64,000 nucleotides of DNA, from contig CAWFKH010000001.1 of NCBI GenBank assembly GCA_963816355.1, positions 384,001-448,000 on the forward strand, in the 5' to 3' direction. The position numbers were made by a program, and so were the translations under genes. Shown here in pieces: positions 9,355 through 18,951 of this stretch. Position 1 is the stretch's first letter, and every line of letters begins with the position of its first letter. This stretch comes from an uncultured Gemmatimonadales bacterium. Lineage in GTDB: Bacteria; Gemmatimonadota; Gemmatimonadetes; Longimicrobiales; RSA9. Below the pieces are notes generated by a model that saw nothing but the letters and a program-made list of their open reading frames with translations, was not told the DNA's origin and searched no databases.

Positions 9355-10016
9355 GGGTCCTCGTCTTCGACTACGGCACCGGCAACCTCCACTCGCTGGT
9401 GAAGGCGCTGGAGCGCTGCGGTGCCCGCGCTGCCGTGGGAGACCGGCTGGACGGGGCCGACGCGCTGGTGCTTCCCGGCGTGGGCGCGTTCGGCGCAGCC
9501 GCCGGCCGGTTGGCCCCTCACGCTCCGGCCATCGCCGCGGCGGCCGGCGCGGGGCTGCCGGTGCTGGGCATCTGCCTGGGGATGCAGCTCCTGCTGGACG
9601 GGAGCGACGAGGGCGCCGGCGCCGGCCTCGGGCTGGTGCCCGGCCGCGTCGTGCGGCTCCGCGCCCGCCGCGTCCCGCACATGGGCTGGAACACCGTCTC
9701 GCCCGCCGGCGACGACCCGCTCTTCCGCAGCCTGGCCGGCGAGCGCTTCTACTTCGCCCACGGCTTCGCCGCTTCGACCGAGGACGCGGGCGACGTGGCG
9801 GCGTGGACGCGACACGAGGGCGAGGCCGTGGCCGCCGCCGTGCGCCGCGGCCGCGTAGCGGGAACGCAGTTCCACCCGGAGAAGAGCGGGGCCGCCGGCC
9901 TCCAGCTCCTCCGCAACTTCCTGGACGACGCGCGTCGCGCCTCCGATTGCGGCGCATCCGGCGCCGCCGCCACGGCGGGCTCCCCGCCCGTCCCGAGCGG
10001 CGGGACGCGGCCATGA
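9351..10016 (+). CDS. hisH: Imidazole glycerol phosphate synthase glutaminase subunit
   Basis: DYGTGNLHS, PGVGAF, GICLGMQ, PHMGWN, QFHPEKS. Confidence 0.95.
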   Translation: MRVLVFDYGTGNLHSLVKALERCGARAAVGDRLDGADALVLPGVGAFGAAAGRLAPHAPAIAAAAGAGLPVLGICLGMQLLLDGSDEGAGAGLGLVPGRVVRLRARRVPHMGWNTVSPAGDDPLFRSLAGERFYFAHGFAASTEDAGDVAAWTRHEGEAVAAAVRRGRVAGTQFHPEKSGAAGLQLLRNFLDDARRASDCGASGAAATAGSPPVPSGGTRP

Positions 10017-10759
10017 ACGTCTACGCGGCCATCGACCTGCGCGGCGGCGCCGCCGTCCAGCTCGTGGGCGGCGACCTCGCGGCCGAGCGGGTGCGCGAGG
10101 CCGACCCGGCGGGCGTGGCGCGGCGCTGGCTGCGGGCGGGCTTCCGACACTTCCACGTGGTGGACCTGGACGCCGCGCTGGAGCGCGGCGAGAACGGGGG
10201 GGCCGTCGCGGAGATCGCCGCTGTCCTGGCGGCGGCCGGCTCGTCCCCGCCCGGCCGGGCCGCGTCCCTCCAGGTGGGGGGCGGCGTGCGCCACGCCGCC
10301 GCCATCCGTGCCTGCCTGGCGCTGGGCGCCCGGCGGGTGGTCGTGGGCACGCGGGCGGTGGAGGACCCGGCATGGCTGGAGGCGCAGGCGGCGGAGCACC
10401 CGGACCGGCTCGTCGTCGCGGCGGACGTGCGCGGCGGCGAGGTGGTGACCCACGGCTGGACCCGCGGCGCGCGCCGCACGGCCGCGGCGTTCCTCGCCGC
10501 CCTCGCCCCGCTGCCGCTGGCGGGCGTGCTGGTGACGGACGTGGCCCGCGAGGGTCGGGAGGCCGGCGTGGACGTGGACGCGTTCCGTCGCCTGGTCGAC
10601 GCTACGCCTCACCCGCTGCTGGCCGCGGGGGGCGTGGCCGGCGCGGCGGACCTGGAGGCCCTAGCGCGGGCCGGCGCGGCCGGCGCGGTGCTGGGGATGG
10701 CGCTTTACACGGGCCGGCTGAGCCCGGCCGACGCACTGCAGTTCGAGGAGGATCGATGA
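10013..10759 (+). CDS. hisA: ProFAR isomerase
   Basis: AIDLRGG, HVVDLDAA, QVGGGVR, AAGGV; ATGA overlaps with neighbours. Confidence 0.93.
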   Translation: MNVYAAIDLRGGAAVQLVGGDLAAERVREADPAGVARRWLRAGFRHFHVVDLDAALERGENGGAVAEIAAVLAAAGSSPPGRAASLQVGGGVRHAAAIRACLALGARRVVVGTRAVEDPAWLEAQAAEHPDRLVVAADVRGGEVVTHGWTRGARRTAAAFLAALAPLPLAGVLVTDVAREGREAGVDVDAFRRLVDATPHPLLAAGGVAGAADLEALARAGAAGAVLGMALYTGRLSPADALQFEEDR

Positions 10760-11307
10760 GCGTTCTGACGCGCGAGACGCGGGAGACCCGGGTGAGGGTG
10801 GCGCACGGCGCCGCCTCCGACGGAATCGCCACGGGCGAGCCGTTCCTGGACCACATGCTGGGCACGCTCGCGCGCTACGCGGGCCTGCCGCTGTCGGTGG
10901 AGGCCACGGGCGATCTGCGGCACCACCTGGTGGAGGACGTAGCTCTCACGCTGGGGGCTGTGCTGGCGAGGGACACGCCGCCGTCGTGTGCCCGCTACGG
11001 CGAGGCGACCGTGCCCATGGACGACGCCCTTGTGCAGGTGGCGCTGGACGCCGGCGGCCGCCCGCACTTCGAAGGCCGGCTCCCCGCCGCGCTCTACGAG
11101 CACTTCCTCCGCTCGCTGGCGATGAGCGCCGCCTGGACGCTTCACGTGCGCGTGATCCGCGGGCGCGACCGCCACCACGTGGTGGAAGCGGCGTTCAAGG
11201 CGCTGGGCCTTGCCCTGCGCCAGGCGCGCCGGGCGGACGGCGAGGCCGTCTTCAGCACCAAGGGCGAGGTCCGCCTCGCGTGGGGAAAGGCCTCCGATGC
11301 TGGCTAG
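10756..11307 (+). CDS. hisB: Imidazoleglycerol-phosphate dehydratase, monofunctional
   Basis: [41 protein letters not shown]. Confidence 0.93.
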   Translation: MSVLTRETRETRVRVAHGAASDGIATGEPFLDHMLGTLARYAGLPLSVEATGDLRHHLVEDVALTLGAVLARDTPPSCARYGEATVPMDDALVQVALDAGGRPHFEGRLPAALYEHFLRSLAMSAAWTLHVRVIRGRDRHHVVEAAFKALGLALRQARRADGEAVFSTKGEVRLAWGKASDAG

Positions 11308-12079
11308 GCGCGTCGTCGTGTGCCTGGACGTGGACGCCGGGCGCGTGGTGAAGGGCGTCCGTTTCCGCTCCCTGCGCGACGTGGGCGATCCCGCGATCCT
11401 CGCCGCCCGCTACGAGGCCGAGGGCGCCGACGAGCTCGTGTTCCTGGACATCACCGCCTCCACCGAGGAGCGGGCGACGATGCTCGACGCCGTCCGCCGC
11501 ACCGCCGAACGGCTCTTCATCCCCCTCACCGTGGGCGGCGGCATCCGCTCCGCCGCCGACGCCGCCCTCGCCCTGCGCGCCGGCGCGGACAAGGTGGCGG
11601 TCAACACCGCCGCCGTGCTGCGACCGACGCTGCTCACGGAGTGCGCCGACCGATTCGGCGCGCAGTGCGTCGTGGCCTCGATCGACGCCCTCGCGGACCC
11701 CGGCTCGCCCTCCGGCTACCGCGTCCGCATCCGCGGCGGGCGCACGCCCGTGGCGCTGGACGCCGTGGCGTGGGCCACACGTTGCGCCGAGCTGGGCGCC
11801 GGCGAGATCCTGCTCACGGCCATCCACCGCGACGGCGAGCGCAGCGGGTTCGACCTCGCCCTCACGCGCGCGGTGGCCGGCGCGGTGTCCGTGCCCGTCG
11901 TCGCGAGCGGCGGTGCGGGCCGGCCGTCGCACTTCGTGGACGTGCTCGGCGACGCCGGCGCCGACGCCGCGCTGGCGGCCGGCATCTTCCACGACGGCGC
12001 GGTGGCGATCGCGGCGGTGAAGGAAGCGTTGGCGGCAGCGGGCTTGCCGGCGAGGCCGGCCGCGCGGGTAATCCCGTGA
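11297..12079 (+). CDS. hisF: IGP synthase cyclase subunit
   Basis: [44 protein letters not shown]. Confidence 0.95.
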   Translation: MLARRVVVCLDVDAGRVVKGVRFRSLRDVGDPAILAARYEAEGADELVFLDITASTEERATMLDAVRRTAERLFIPLTVGGGIRSAADAALALRAGADKVAVNTAAVLRPTLLTECADRFGAQCVVASIDALADPGSPSGYRVRIRGGRTPVALDAVAWATRCAELGAGEILLTAIHRDGERSGFDLALTRAVAGAVSVPVVASGGAGRPSHFVDVLGDAGADAALAAGIFHDGAVAIAAVKEALAAAGLPARPAARVIP

Positions 12080-12843
12080 CCGGGTCCGGCCAGGCGGCCG
12101 GCGGGCCCGGCGCGGGCCGCGGAGCCGGCGTGGGCCGCGGAGCCAGCGCGGCCCGCGGATCTGGCGCGGCGGGTGGAGCCGGCGCGGCCGGCGGATCCGG
12201 CGCCCTTGGCGGCGGCGGCCTCCTCGATGCCGTCGACTTCGGCAAGGGACCCGTCCCCGTGATCGCGCAGCACCACCTCACCGGCGATGTCCTCATGATC
12301 GCCTACGCCGACCGCGACGCCCTCGAGCGCACCCTCGAGAGCGGCCTCCTCACCTTCCGATCCCGCTCCCGCGGCACCCTCTGGACGAAGGGCGAGAGCA
12401 GCGGGAACCTCATGCGCGTGGTCTCCCTTCACGCCGACTGCGATGGCGACGCCATCCTCGCCCGCGTCCGCCCCGCCGGGCCCGCGTGCCACACCGGCGC
12501 CCGCAGCTGCTTCGACGGCGCCACCGGCAGCGACGCTCCCGTCCCTCTTCCCCGTCCCACCCTGCCCGCCCTCGCCCAGCGCCTCGACGCCCGCCGCGAC
12601 GCGCCCCCCGCCGCCAGCTACACCGCCCGCCTCCTCGCCGACCGCAATCTCCGGCTCAAGAAGCTGGGCGAAGAGGCCGCCGAGCTCGCCGTGGCGTGCG
12701 CCGACGAGGACGCCGCGCGCGTGGCCGAGGAGACCGCGGACCTGCTCTACCACGCCCTCGTCGCCGCCCTCGCCGCGGGCGTCCGGCTCGAAGCCGTGCT
12801 CGACGTCCTCGCCGAACGCGCGGCCGGGCCGGCTTCAGGGTAA
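12076..12843 (+). CDS. hisIE: Bifunctional PR-AMP cyclohydrolase / PR-ATP pyrophosphatase with a Gly/Ala-rich N-terminal extension
   Basis: [39 protein letters not shown]. Confidence 0.92.
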   Translation: MTGSGQAAGGPGAGRGAGVGRGASAARGSGAAGGAGAAGGSGALGGGGLLDAVDFGKGPVPVIAQHHLTGDVLMIAYADRDALERTLESGLLTFRSRSRGTLWTKGESSGNLMRVVSLHADCDGDAILARVRPAGPACHTGARSCFDGATGSDAPVPLPRPTLPALAQRLDARRDAPPAASYTARLLADRNLRLKKLGEEAAELAVACADEDAARVAEETADLLYHALVAALAAGVRLEAVLDVLAERAAGPASG

Positions 12844-12995
12844 GGTGCGCGACGAGGCGGCCTGCCCCGAGTCGGCTCGTGCCTGCGCGCGCCGCCGGAA
12901 CGGGCCGCGGCGCTTTCCGGTTTCGTGCTCGAAGCGTGCCCGGCCGGGGCTCGCCGCTACGCCGCTTCTTTCTCCTGTGCCGGACGATCCTGAGC

Positions 12996-14537
12996 ATGGA
13001 AACAGACGTGGAAGGGGGTGCACGGTCCGCGTCGGTCGGGCGAGGAACGGATGCCCGACTTCTCGCGCACGTGCGTCCGCCGGATTGGGTCAATCCCGAT
13101 CCCGCCGACCGCTACGATCTGGTGGTGGTCGGCGCGGGGACCGGCGGCCTGGTGAGCGCCGCCATCGGCGCTGCGCTGGGGGCGCGGGTCGCGCTCGTGG
13201 AGCGGCGCCGGCTGGGCGGCGACTGCCTCAACTTCGGCTGCGTCCCCTCCAAGGGGATGATCCGGGCCGCCCGGTCGTGGGCGGAGGCGCGTGCGTCAGC
13301 GGAGCGGTTCGGCGGCCCGGAGGCGCGAGGGGAGGGGGACTTCTCGGCCGCGATGGCGCGGATGCGGGAGATCCGTGCCGACATCAGCGTGGCGGATGGC
13401 GCCCGCCGGTTCGCGTCGCTCGGGCTGGACGTCTTTCTCGGCGATGCCCGCTTCGAATCGGAGACGTCGCTGCGGGTCGACGACGCCGTCTCGCTCTCCT
13501 TCCGGCGGGCGATTCTCGCCACGGGCGCGCGGCCGACCGTTCCCTCGATTCCGGGGCTCGCCGGCGTAGCATACCACACGAACGAGACGATCTTCGAGAT
13601 CGACGAGCCGCCCGCCCGCCTGATCGTGCTGGGCGCGGGGGCCATCGGCTGTGAGCTGGCGCAGGCCTTCGCCCGCCTGGGCAGCACCGTCACGCTGGTG
13701 GACCAGGAGACGCGGGTGCTGCCGCGCGAGGAGCCGGACGCGGCCGCCGTCGTCCAGCGCGCGCTCGAGCGCGATGGCGTCCGGTTCATCGGCGGTACCC
13801 GCGTGGCGGGTGTGGAGAGCACCGCGCAGGGGATCGCCATCGTTCACGAGGGAGCGGCCGGGCGGGGCCGGGTGGAGGCCGATGCGATCCTGGTCGCCGC
13901 CGGCCGCACGCCGAACGTGGATCTCCGGCTGGAGGCTGCGGGTGTCCGCTACGCGCGCGGCGGCGTCGAGGTCGATGACCGCCTGCGGACGACGAACCAC
14001 CGGATCTTCGCCGTCGGCGACGTCGCCTCGCCCTATCAGTTCACGCACGCCGCCGACGCCCAGGCGCGGCTGGCGGTGCGCAACGCGTTGTTCTTCGGCC
14101 GAGGCAGGGCCAGCGACCTCGTCATTCCGTGGGCCACCTACACGAGCCCCGAGCTTGCGCGGGTGGGGCTGTCCGCGGCCGAGGCGGACGAGCGAGGCGT
14201 GGAGATCGAGACCGTGACGATTCCGTTCGACGACGTCGACCGCGCCCGCCTCGACGGCGACACCGAAGGCTTCCTCCGGGTCCACGTTAAGAAGGGCGGC
14301 GACGAGATCGTCGGGGCGACGATCGTCGCGCCCCACGCGGGCGACCTGATCGCGCAGGTGACGCAGGCGATGACGCACGGCATCGGCCTGGAGAAGCTGG
14401 GCGACGTCGTCTTCCCCTACCCCACGACCGCCGAGGCGCTGCGGAAGGCCGCCGATGCGCGGCGGCGCGAGAAGCTCACGCCGCGGACCGCCGCGGCGTT
14501 CGGCGTCTTCTTCCGGGTCTGGCGTCGACTCGTCTGA
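12996..14537 (+). CDS. MerA/LpdA-like pyridine nucleotide-disulfide oxidoreductase without the C-terminal Cys-Cys
   Basis: GAGTGG, GGDCLNFGCVPSK, GAGAIGCE, AVGDV, YPT. Confidence 0.88.
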   Translation: METDVEGGARSASVGRGTDARLLAHVRPPDWVNPDPADRYDLVVVGAGTGGLVSAAIGAALGARVALVERRRLGGDCLNFGCVPSKGMIRAARSWAEARASAERFGGPEARGEGDFSAAMARMREIRADISVADGARRFASLGLDVFLGDARFESETSLRVDDAVSLSFRRAILATGARPTVPSIPGLAGVAYHTNETIFEIDEPPARLIVLGAGAIGCELAQAFARLGSTVTLVDQETRVLPREEPDAAAVVQRALERDGVRFIGGTRVAGVESTAQGIAIVHEGAAGRGRVEADAILVAAGRTPNVDLRLEAAGVRYARGGVEVDDRLRTTNHRIFAVGDVASPYQFTHAADAQARLAVRNALFFGRGRASDLVIPWATYTSPELARVGLSAAEADERGVEIETVTIPFDDVDRARLDGDTEGFLRVHVKKGGDEIVGATIVAPHAGDLIAQVTQAMTHGIGLEKLGDVVFPYPTTAEALRKAADARRREKLTPRTAAAFGVFFRVWRRLV

Positions 14538-15912
14538 GCCGGCCGTCCGTTCTCCACACCCCCCGCGCCGCCAGGAAGAGAGCCGTCGAAGCCGCGAGTC
14601 CCCAGACGTTCACGCCCAGCAGCGAGGCATAGTGCCCGTCGCCGATGACCATCCAGGCGGGGACGATCCCCAGCGCCTCGATGACGCCCGCCACGATCCC
14701 GGTCCAGAACGCCAGGTGGAACGACGCGGGCGGCGCCCGCAGGAAGATGCCGAGGATGAACGCGGGGGCGAGGCCGAGGACCATGGTCCCGCTGATCGTC
14801 GTCGCCTGCAGGATGGTGGCGCTGGTGAAGAGGGGGAGGCTGCCGAGCACCGCGGCCACGACCATGGCGATGCGCCCCGCCGTGATCCCGCGCGGCTTCC
14901 AGCGGGCGACGCCGGGGATGTCGAGGCTCACGGCCTTGGACACGCTGCTGAACGTCGAGTCGAGGGTGGAGCCGGCCGATGTCATCATGATCACGGTGAC
15001 CACCACCGTCACGGCGGTCCCCAATGAGGCCGCCACGGCCCGCGGCGCGTCGCCGGTCACCGGCAGACCGCCCAGGAAGGCGGTCACGCCCACGAGGCCG
15101 AACAGCGTGATGGCGGCGGCGCCGGCCACACCCGCGAGGAGATAGCTGCGGAGCGTCGTGCGCGCGTCGGAGAGGAAGCCGCGGTCGGTGAGGACCGGGT
15201 CGTGGAACGGGTAGGACAGCGACTGGAGCAGCGCGACCAGGAGCAGGTCCACGCCCCCGGCCATCGTCCACGAGCCGGATCGCACGATCGCCGCCGCCTC
15301 GCCGGCGCCGGTCCCCGGCAGCGCGAGCCCGAGGACCAGGGCCAGGAACCCCGCGAACACGCCCGCCTGGAGCGCGTCCGTCCAGATCGAGCTGCGCAGC
15401 CCGCCTTTCATCGTGTACGCCAGGGTCAGGACCGTGAAGCCGAGAGCGCCGGCGTAGTAGGCGGCCGTCCCCTTCGCGCCGAAATAGGCGCCAACCACGG
15501 CGGTGTTGCTCCAGACCTCGTTGTAGAGCCGGATCAGGATGGCGATGATGAACGTCGCGGCCGCCGCTCTCCCGTAGCGCGACGCCAGCCACGCGGGGAG
15601 CGACTCGGCGGCGAACCGCGTCCGGATCGCCACGATCACCAGGCCGGCGACCGGGATCGACAACCAGTACGCAGCGTACGCGACGGCGCCCGGCAGGCCG
15701 AAGCTCGCGCCGAGGTTCGCCGCGTTCGTCACGGACTTGGCGAAGATCCACGCGATGAAGATCGTCGAGAAGAGCCACACGGTCCCCGGGGGGCGGCCGC
15801 GACGGTCCGTGCCGGCGAAGAACCCGCCGGGCTCGCGCGCGCTCGGCGCCAGGCCCACGAGCGAGACGCCGTAGAGGGCGAGAAGGGTCCACGCCCACGC
15901 CGCGCCGGCCAC
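14476..15912 (-). CDS. Sodium:solute symporter family transporter
   Basis: Many TM segments; GGLRSSIWTD, YPFHDPVLTDRGF, SAGSTLDS. Confidence 0.85.
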   Translation of the reverse strand: MAGAAWAWTLLALYGVSLVGLAPSAREPGGFFAGTDRRGRPPGTVWLFSTIFIAWIFAKSVTNAANLGASFGLPGAVAYAAYWLSIPVAGLVIVAIRTRFAAESLPAWLASRYGRAAAATFIIAILIRLYNEVWSNTAVVGAYFGAKGTAAYYAGALGFTVLTLAYTMKGGLRSSIWTDALQAGVFAGFLALVLGLALPGTGAGEAAAIVRSGSWTMAGGVDLLLVALLQSLSYPFHDPVLTDRGFLSDARTTLRSYLLAGVAGAAAITLFGLVGVTAFLGGLPVTGDAPRAVAASLGTAVTVVVTVIMMTSAGSTLDSTFSSVSKAVSLDIPGVARWKPRGITAGRIAMVVAAVLGSLPLFTSATILQATTISGTMVLGLAPAFILGIFLRAPPASFHLAFWTGIVAGVIEALGIVPAWMVIGDGHYASLLGVNVWGLAASTALFLAARGVWRTDGRLRRVDARPGRRRRTPRRSAA

Positions 15913-15915
15913 CGC

Positions 15916-16947
15916 TCAGAACCTCAGCAGCAGGACGACGTCCACGCTGCGGTCGAGCCACCGCTCGGCCGCGCCGTCGGCCGAGCGCCAGAGGTCCACC
16001 TCGACGAGCCCGTGCAGAAAGGGGGTGAAGTCGTAGCCGATCCCCGGCTGGTGGATCCATTCCCGCCGCCCGAAACCGCCGTACTCGACGCGGCTGAAGT
16101 TGTAGCGCGCGTGGAAGCTGGCGAGCGCGAGCTGCGCGCCCGCCAGCCGGTACGTCGCGGCGCCTCCGGCGCGGGTCGCGGCCAGAGCCATCGGCAGATC
16201 GCCCTCCTCCCGCCGGAGCCACTCGACGTAGCCGACGAACGGCCCGCGGGCCAGCTCGACATCGGCGGAGTAGTGCGGCGCGTGGAAGACCTCCTCGTGG
16301 CCGTCTGCGGACACGGCCACGCCGCGGGCCGCGCCCGTGCCGCCGAGCGTGAGGCCGACGGGGAGCGCCAGCGTAACGCGGCCGTAGACGCCGTCCCGGT
16401 TCCTGAAGGCGTCCAGCGTTTCGAAATCGCGTCCGGGGAGGGCGCCGCTGATCCGATCGGAGTCCAGCAGAAACTGCCCGGTGTAACCCAGGACGGCCGC
16501 CCCCAGCGGCACGGCCCCGGCCGCCTCGACGCCGAACTGCGGGTTCAGTTTGAGGCCGTCGAAGTACTGCACGTTGCCGAAGAAGGAGCCGTCCCAGAAG
16601 CGGCCGAGGGTCTGGTAGATCTTCCCCGCCCGCAGCGTGAGCCGCGACCCTTCCGTCGCCGGCAGCGCATCGAAGGAGGCCCACCCCTCCTGGATCCACA
16701 CGGTGCTCGGGAAGAACTCCCTGAGCCGGGTGTCCCGCCCGCGCAGCTCCGCGTGCGCGCGCCATCGGCCCGCTGTGACGTCGGCCTTCGCGAACGCGGC
16801 GTAAACCTCCGTGCGGGGCGGCGGCGCACCGTCACCGAAGGGCCGATAGTGGAAGAGATAGGCTCCGCCGCTGAACTCGGACCGTTGCGCGGCCACCGCC
16901 GCCGGCAGTGCCAGAACCGCCAGGATCACGGCGCATCGCTTCACCAT
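15916..16947 (-). CDS. Putative outer-membrane beta-barrel protein
   Basis: Signal peptide (AVAA-Q), amphipathic strands, C-terminal Phe (VDVVLLLRF). Confidence 0.65.
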   Translation of the reverse strand: MVKRCAVILAVLALPAAVAAQRSEFSGGAYLFHYRPFGDGAPPPRTEVYAAFAKADVTAGRWRAHAELRGRDTRLREFFPSTVWIQEGWASFDALPATEGSRLTLRAGKIYQTLGRFWDGSFFGNVQYFDGLKLNPQFGVEAAGAVPLGAAVLGYTGQFLLDSDRISGALPGRDFETLDAFRNRDGVYGRVTLALPVGLTLGGTGAARGVAVSADGHEEVFHAPHYSADVELARGPFVGYVEWLRREEGDLPMALAATRAGGAATYRLAGAQLALASFHARYNFSRVEYGGFGRREWIHQPGIGYDFTPFLHGLVEVDLWRSADGAAERWLDRSVDVVLLLRF

Positions 16948-17873
16948 CGTCCCCTCGCCCGCTCCTTCCCCGGAAGCACTTCGAGACAGGTGGTCCACCA
17001 GCCGGTCCGGATCGTCTCGATGAACTCCTCCGGCAGCCGCTCCTCGCGCATCTCGTCGGCGAGGGCCTCGTGGTCGTACGCGACGGGGATGAACTCCGTC
17101 CGCAGCTCGCGGCCGTCCGCCTCCAGCAGCGCGTACCAGACGTCCGTTCGGCCGTCGTTGGCCGGACGCCCCAGCGCTCCGACGTTCACGTACCAGCTCC
17201 CCTCGCCCAGCCGGCGCTCCCAGTGGATGCCCGTGTGCGTGCCGAGGATGACGTCGCAGCCGTGCTCCCGCGCGAGCGCGCGAAGGAAGTGGTCCGGCGT
17301 CGTCGTCTCCCACAGGAACTCGTTGATCTGGCGCGGACTGCCATGGCAGGCCAACACGTCGAGGTCGCCGAGCCGGAAGCGCCGCTCCGCGGGCAGCGTA
17401 TCGAGCCACGCACGGTTGTCCGGCGACGTGTTGGCGAACGTGTACCGGTAGGAGATGCGGGCGTAATGGTTGTCCCGCGGATCGGTGTAGCCGCACTGGC
17501 AGTCATCGAGACCGCGGGCGAGAGAGTCGTCGTAATTCCCGCGAACGGTCAGGACGCCCGCACCCGCAAGGAGCGGGAAGACGCGGTCTGGGCTCGGCCC
17601 GAAGGCGCCCAGGTCGCCGAGACAGAACAACGCTTCGGCCCCGCGTCCCCGCGCATCCTCGATCGCCGCGGCGAGCGCCAGGTGGTTCGAATAGATGCCG
17701 CCGAACGCCGCGACCCGGCCGTATCGCGGCGGACCCGGCCGAGGCGCACGTCGCCCTCCGCTTCGCCCGACCGCGCTGGCGCCGTTCCCGTTCGGGCCGC
17801 TCCCGCCGGCGGCGTTCGCGCTCCCGCCGGCCGCTCTCGCGCCGTTCCCGTTCGCGCCGCTCGCGGTGCTCAC
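16941..17873 (-). CDS. Metallophosphoesterase family protein with atypical motifs
   Basis: FGGIYSN, LGDL, RGNYD, DCQCGY, CHGSP, GTHTG, VNVGALGRP; GTGA overlap with the rSAM stop. Confidence 0.85.
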   Translation of the reverse strand: MSTASGANGNGARAAGGSANAAGGSGPNGNGASAVGRSGGRRAPRPGPPRYGRVAAFGGIYSNHLALAAAIEDARGRGAEALFCLGDLGAFGPSPDRVFPLLAGAGVLTVRGNYDDSLARGLDDCQCGYTDPRDNHYARISYRYTFANTSPDNRAWLDTLPAERRFRLGDLDVLACHGSPRQINEFLWETTTPDHFLRALAREHGCDVILGTHTGIHWERRLGEGSWYVNVGALGRPANDGRTDVWYALLEADGRELRTEFIPVAYDHEALADEMREERLPEEFIETIRTGWWTTCLEVLPGKERARGRW

Positions 17874-18808
17874 TGCGAATTCCCGCCGCCGGAGCCGACG
17901 TTCGAGCAGATGGCGCCGCTCATGTAGCAGGTGTAGCAGGCCTGCTCGGCGAGGACCGCCGGTCGCTGCGCGGCCTCCCGTAGCGTCCGCCCCAGCCGCG
18001 CACCGGGCGCGTCGAGCAGGATCGGGCAGGCGTGTACGCCTCGGGCGCTGACCAGCCGCGCGCGGGTGCACAGGAGCTGATCCAGGTCGAAGCCGTGGAG
18101 CATCTCAGGAGTGACGCGCTCCTCCGGCTCGTAGCCATGGGTGCGGCTCGCTTCGGCGCCGATCCGGAGCGGCGGGAGGATCTTGAGGCGTGCCCGGTCG
18201 TACCCGATCGACGCGAGCAGCTCCCGGAAGGCGCCGAGGATCGCCTCGCCCTCGCCGTCCGCCCATGTCTGCATCGCCGTTACGATCGGCAGGAAACCGG
18301 CGGCGGCCAGACGCTCGATGCCGCCTAGGGCGCGGCGGAAGGCGCCCTCGCCGCGGATCGCGTCGTTGGCGGACGCGGTGACGCCGTCCAGCGACACCCG
18401 GATCTCCAGCGAATAGCGCGACGCGGCCGCCATGCGGGCGAGCTCGTCCACGGTCCGGCGCGGGAGCAGCGTCCCGTTCGTCAGCACGGTCGCGGGACCG
18501 AGCTCGAGCGTATCCTCGAGGATGCCGAGGAGATCGCCGTTCATGAACGGCTCTCCGCCCGTGAAGTAGTACTCCTTGACCCCCAGCTCCACGGAAGTGT
18601 GCAGGTGCTCGCGTACCAGCTCGCGGCCCATGAACCAGAAGCTGTGGTTGTCCGGGGCACAGCTGATGAAGCAGTGCTTGCAGCGCAGGTTGCACACGGT
18701 CCCGCTGACCTGGAACCAGAGCTGATCCAGCGCGGTCAGGGGAACCGTGGGTGCACCGGCCGCGGCGGCCCGGAAGGGTCCACGCTGAAGAACCGGCAGG
18801 CCGCTCAT
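17870..18808 (-). CDS. Radical SAM protein with a Cys-rich C-terminus
   Basis: CNLRCKHC, FTGGEPF, LTNG, VSLDG; C-terminal LLC, HAC and CYTCYMSGAICS. Confidence 0.92.
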   Translation of the reverse strand: MSGLPVLQRGPFRAAAAGAPTVPLTALDQLWFQVSGTVCNLRCKHCFISCAPDNHSFWFMGRELVREHLHTSVELGVKEYYFTGGEPFMNGDLLGILEDTLELGPATVLTNGTLLPRRTVDELARMAAASRYSLEIRVSLDGVTASANDAIRGEGAFRRALGGIERLAAAGFLPIVTAMQTWADGEGEAILGAFRELLASIGYDRARLKILPPLRIGAEASRTHGYEPEERVTPEMLHGFDLDQLLCTRARLVSARGVHACPILLDAPGARLGRTLREAAQRPAVLAEQACYTCYMSGAICSNVGSGGGNSQ

Positions 18809-18918
18809 CGCGACCGATGTCCGCCGGCGGCCGGCCTCACCATCCGCGCGTCGAGCCCCTTCGGCTCATCCAGGGGGCCTCGCCGCTGCGGCAGGACGCC
18901 GACAATGTCGTCATGCAT
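18805..18918 (-). CDS. Putative 37-aa uORF coupled to the radical SAM gene
   Basis: GGGAGG RBS; MHDDIVGVLPQRRGPLDEPKGLDARMVRPAAGGHRSR*; its stop overlaps the rSAM ATG (ATGA). Confidence 0.45.
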   Translation of the reverse strand: MHDDIVGVLPQRRGPLDEPKGLDARMVRPAAGGHRSR

Positions 18919-18951
18919 GCGACCGATCCTCCCTCTCGCTTCCTTCAGTTC

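Noticed and set aside
6781..10014. Long antisense and alternate-frame ORFs, including 35992-39759, 58155-61355 and 23986-26817
   Set aside because: Arg/Pro/Ala-rich shadow ORFs expected at this GC content, overlapping well-supported genes
12996..14537. merA or lpdA assignment
   Set aside because: No C-terminal Cys-Cys or mer operon; YPT rather than HPT
17870..18808. arsS symbol or a selenocysteine-containing rSAM
   Set aside because: Motifs differ from ArsS as I recall them; no in-frame TGA, and the terminal TGA overlaps the next start
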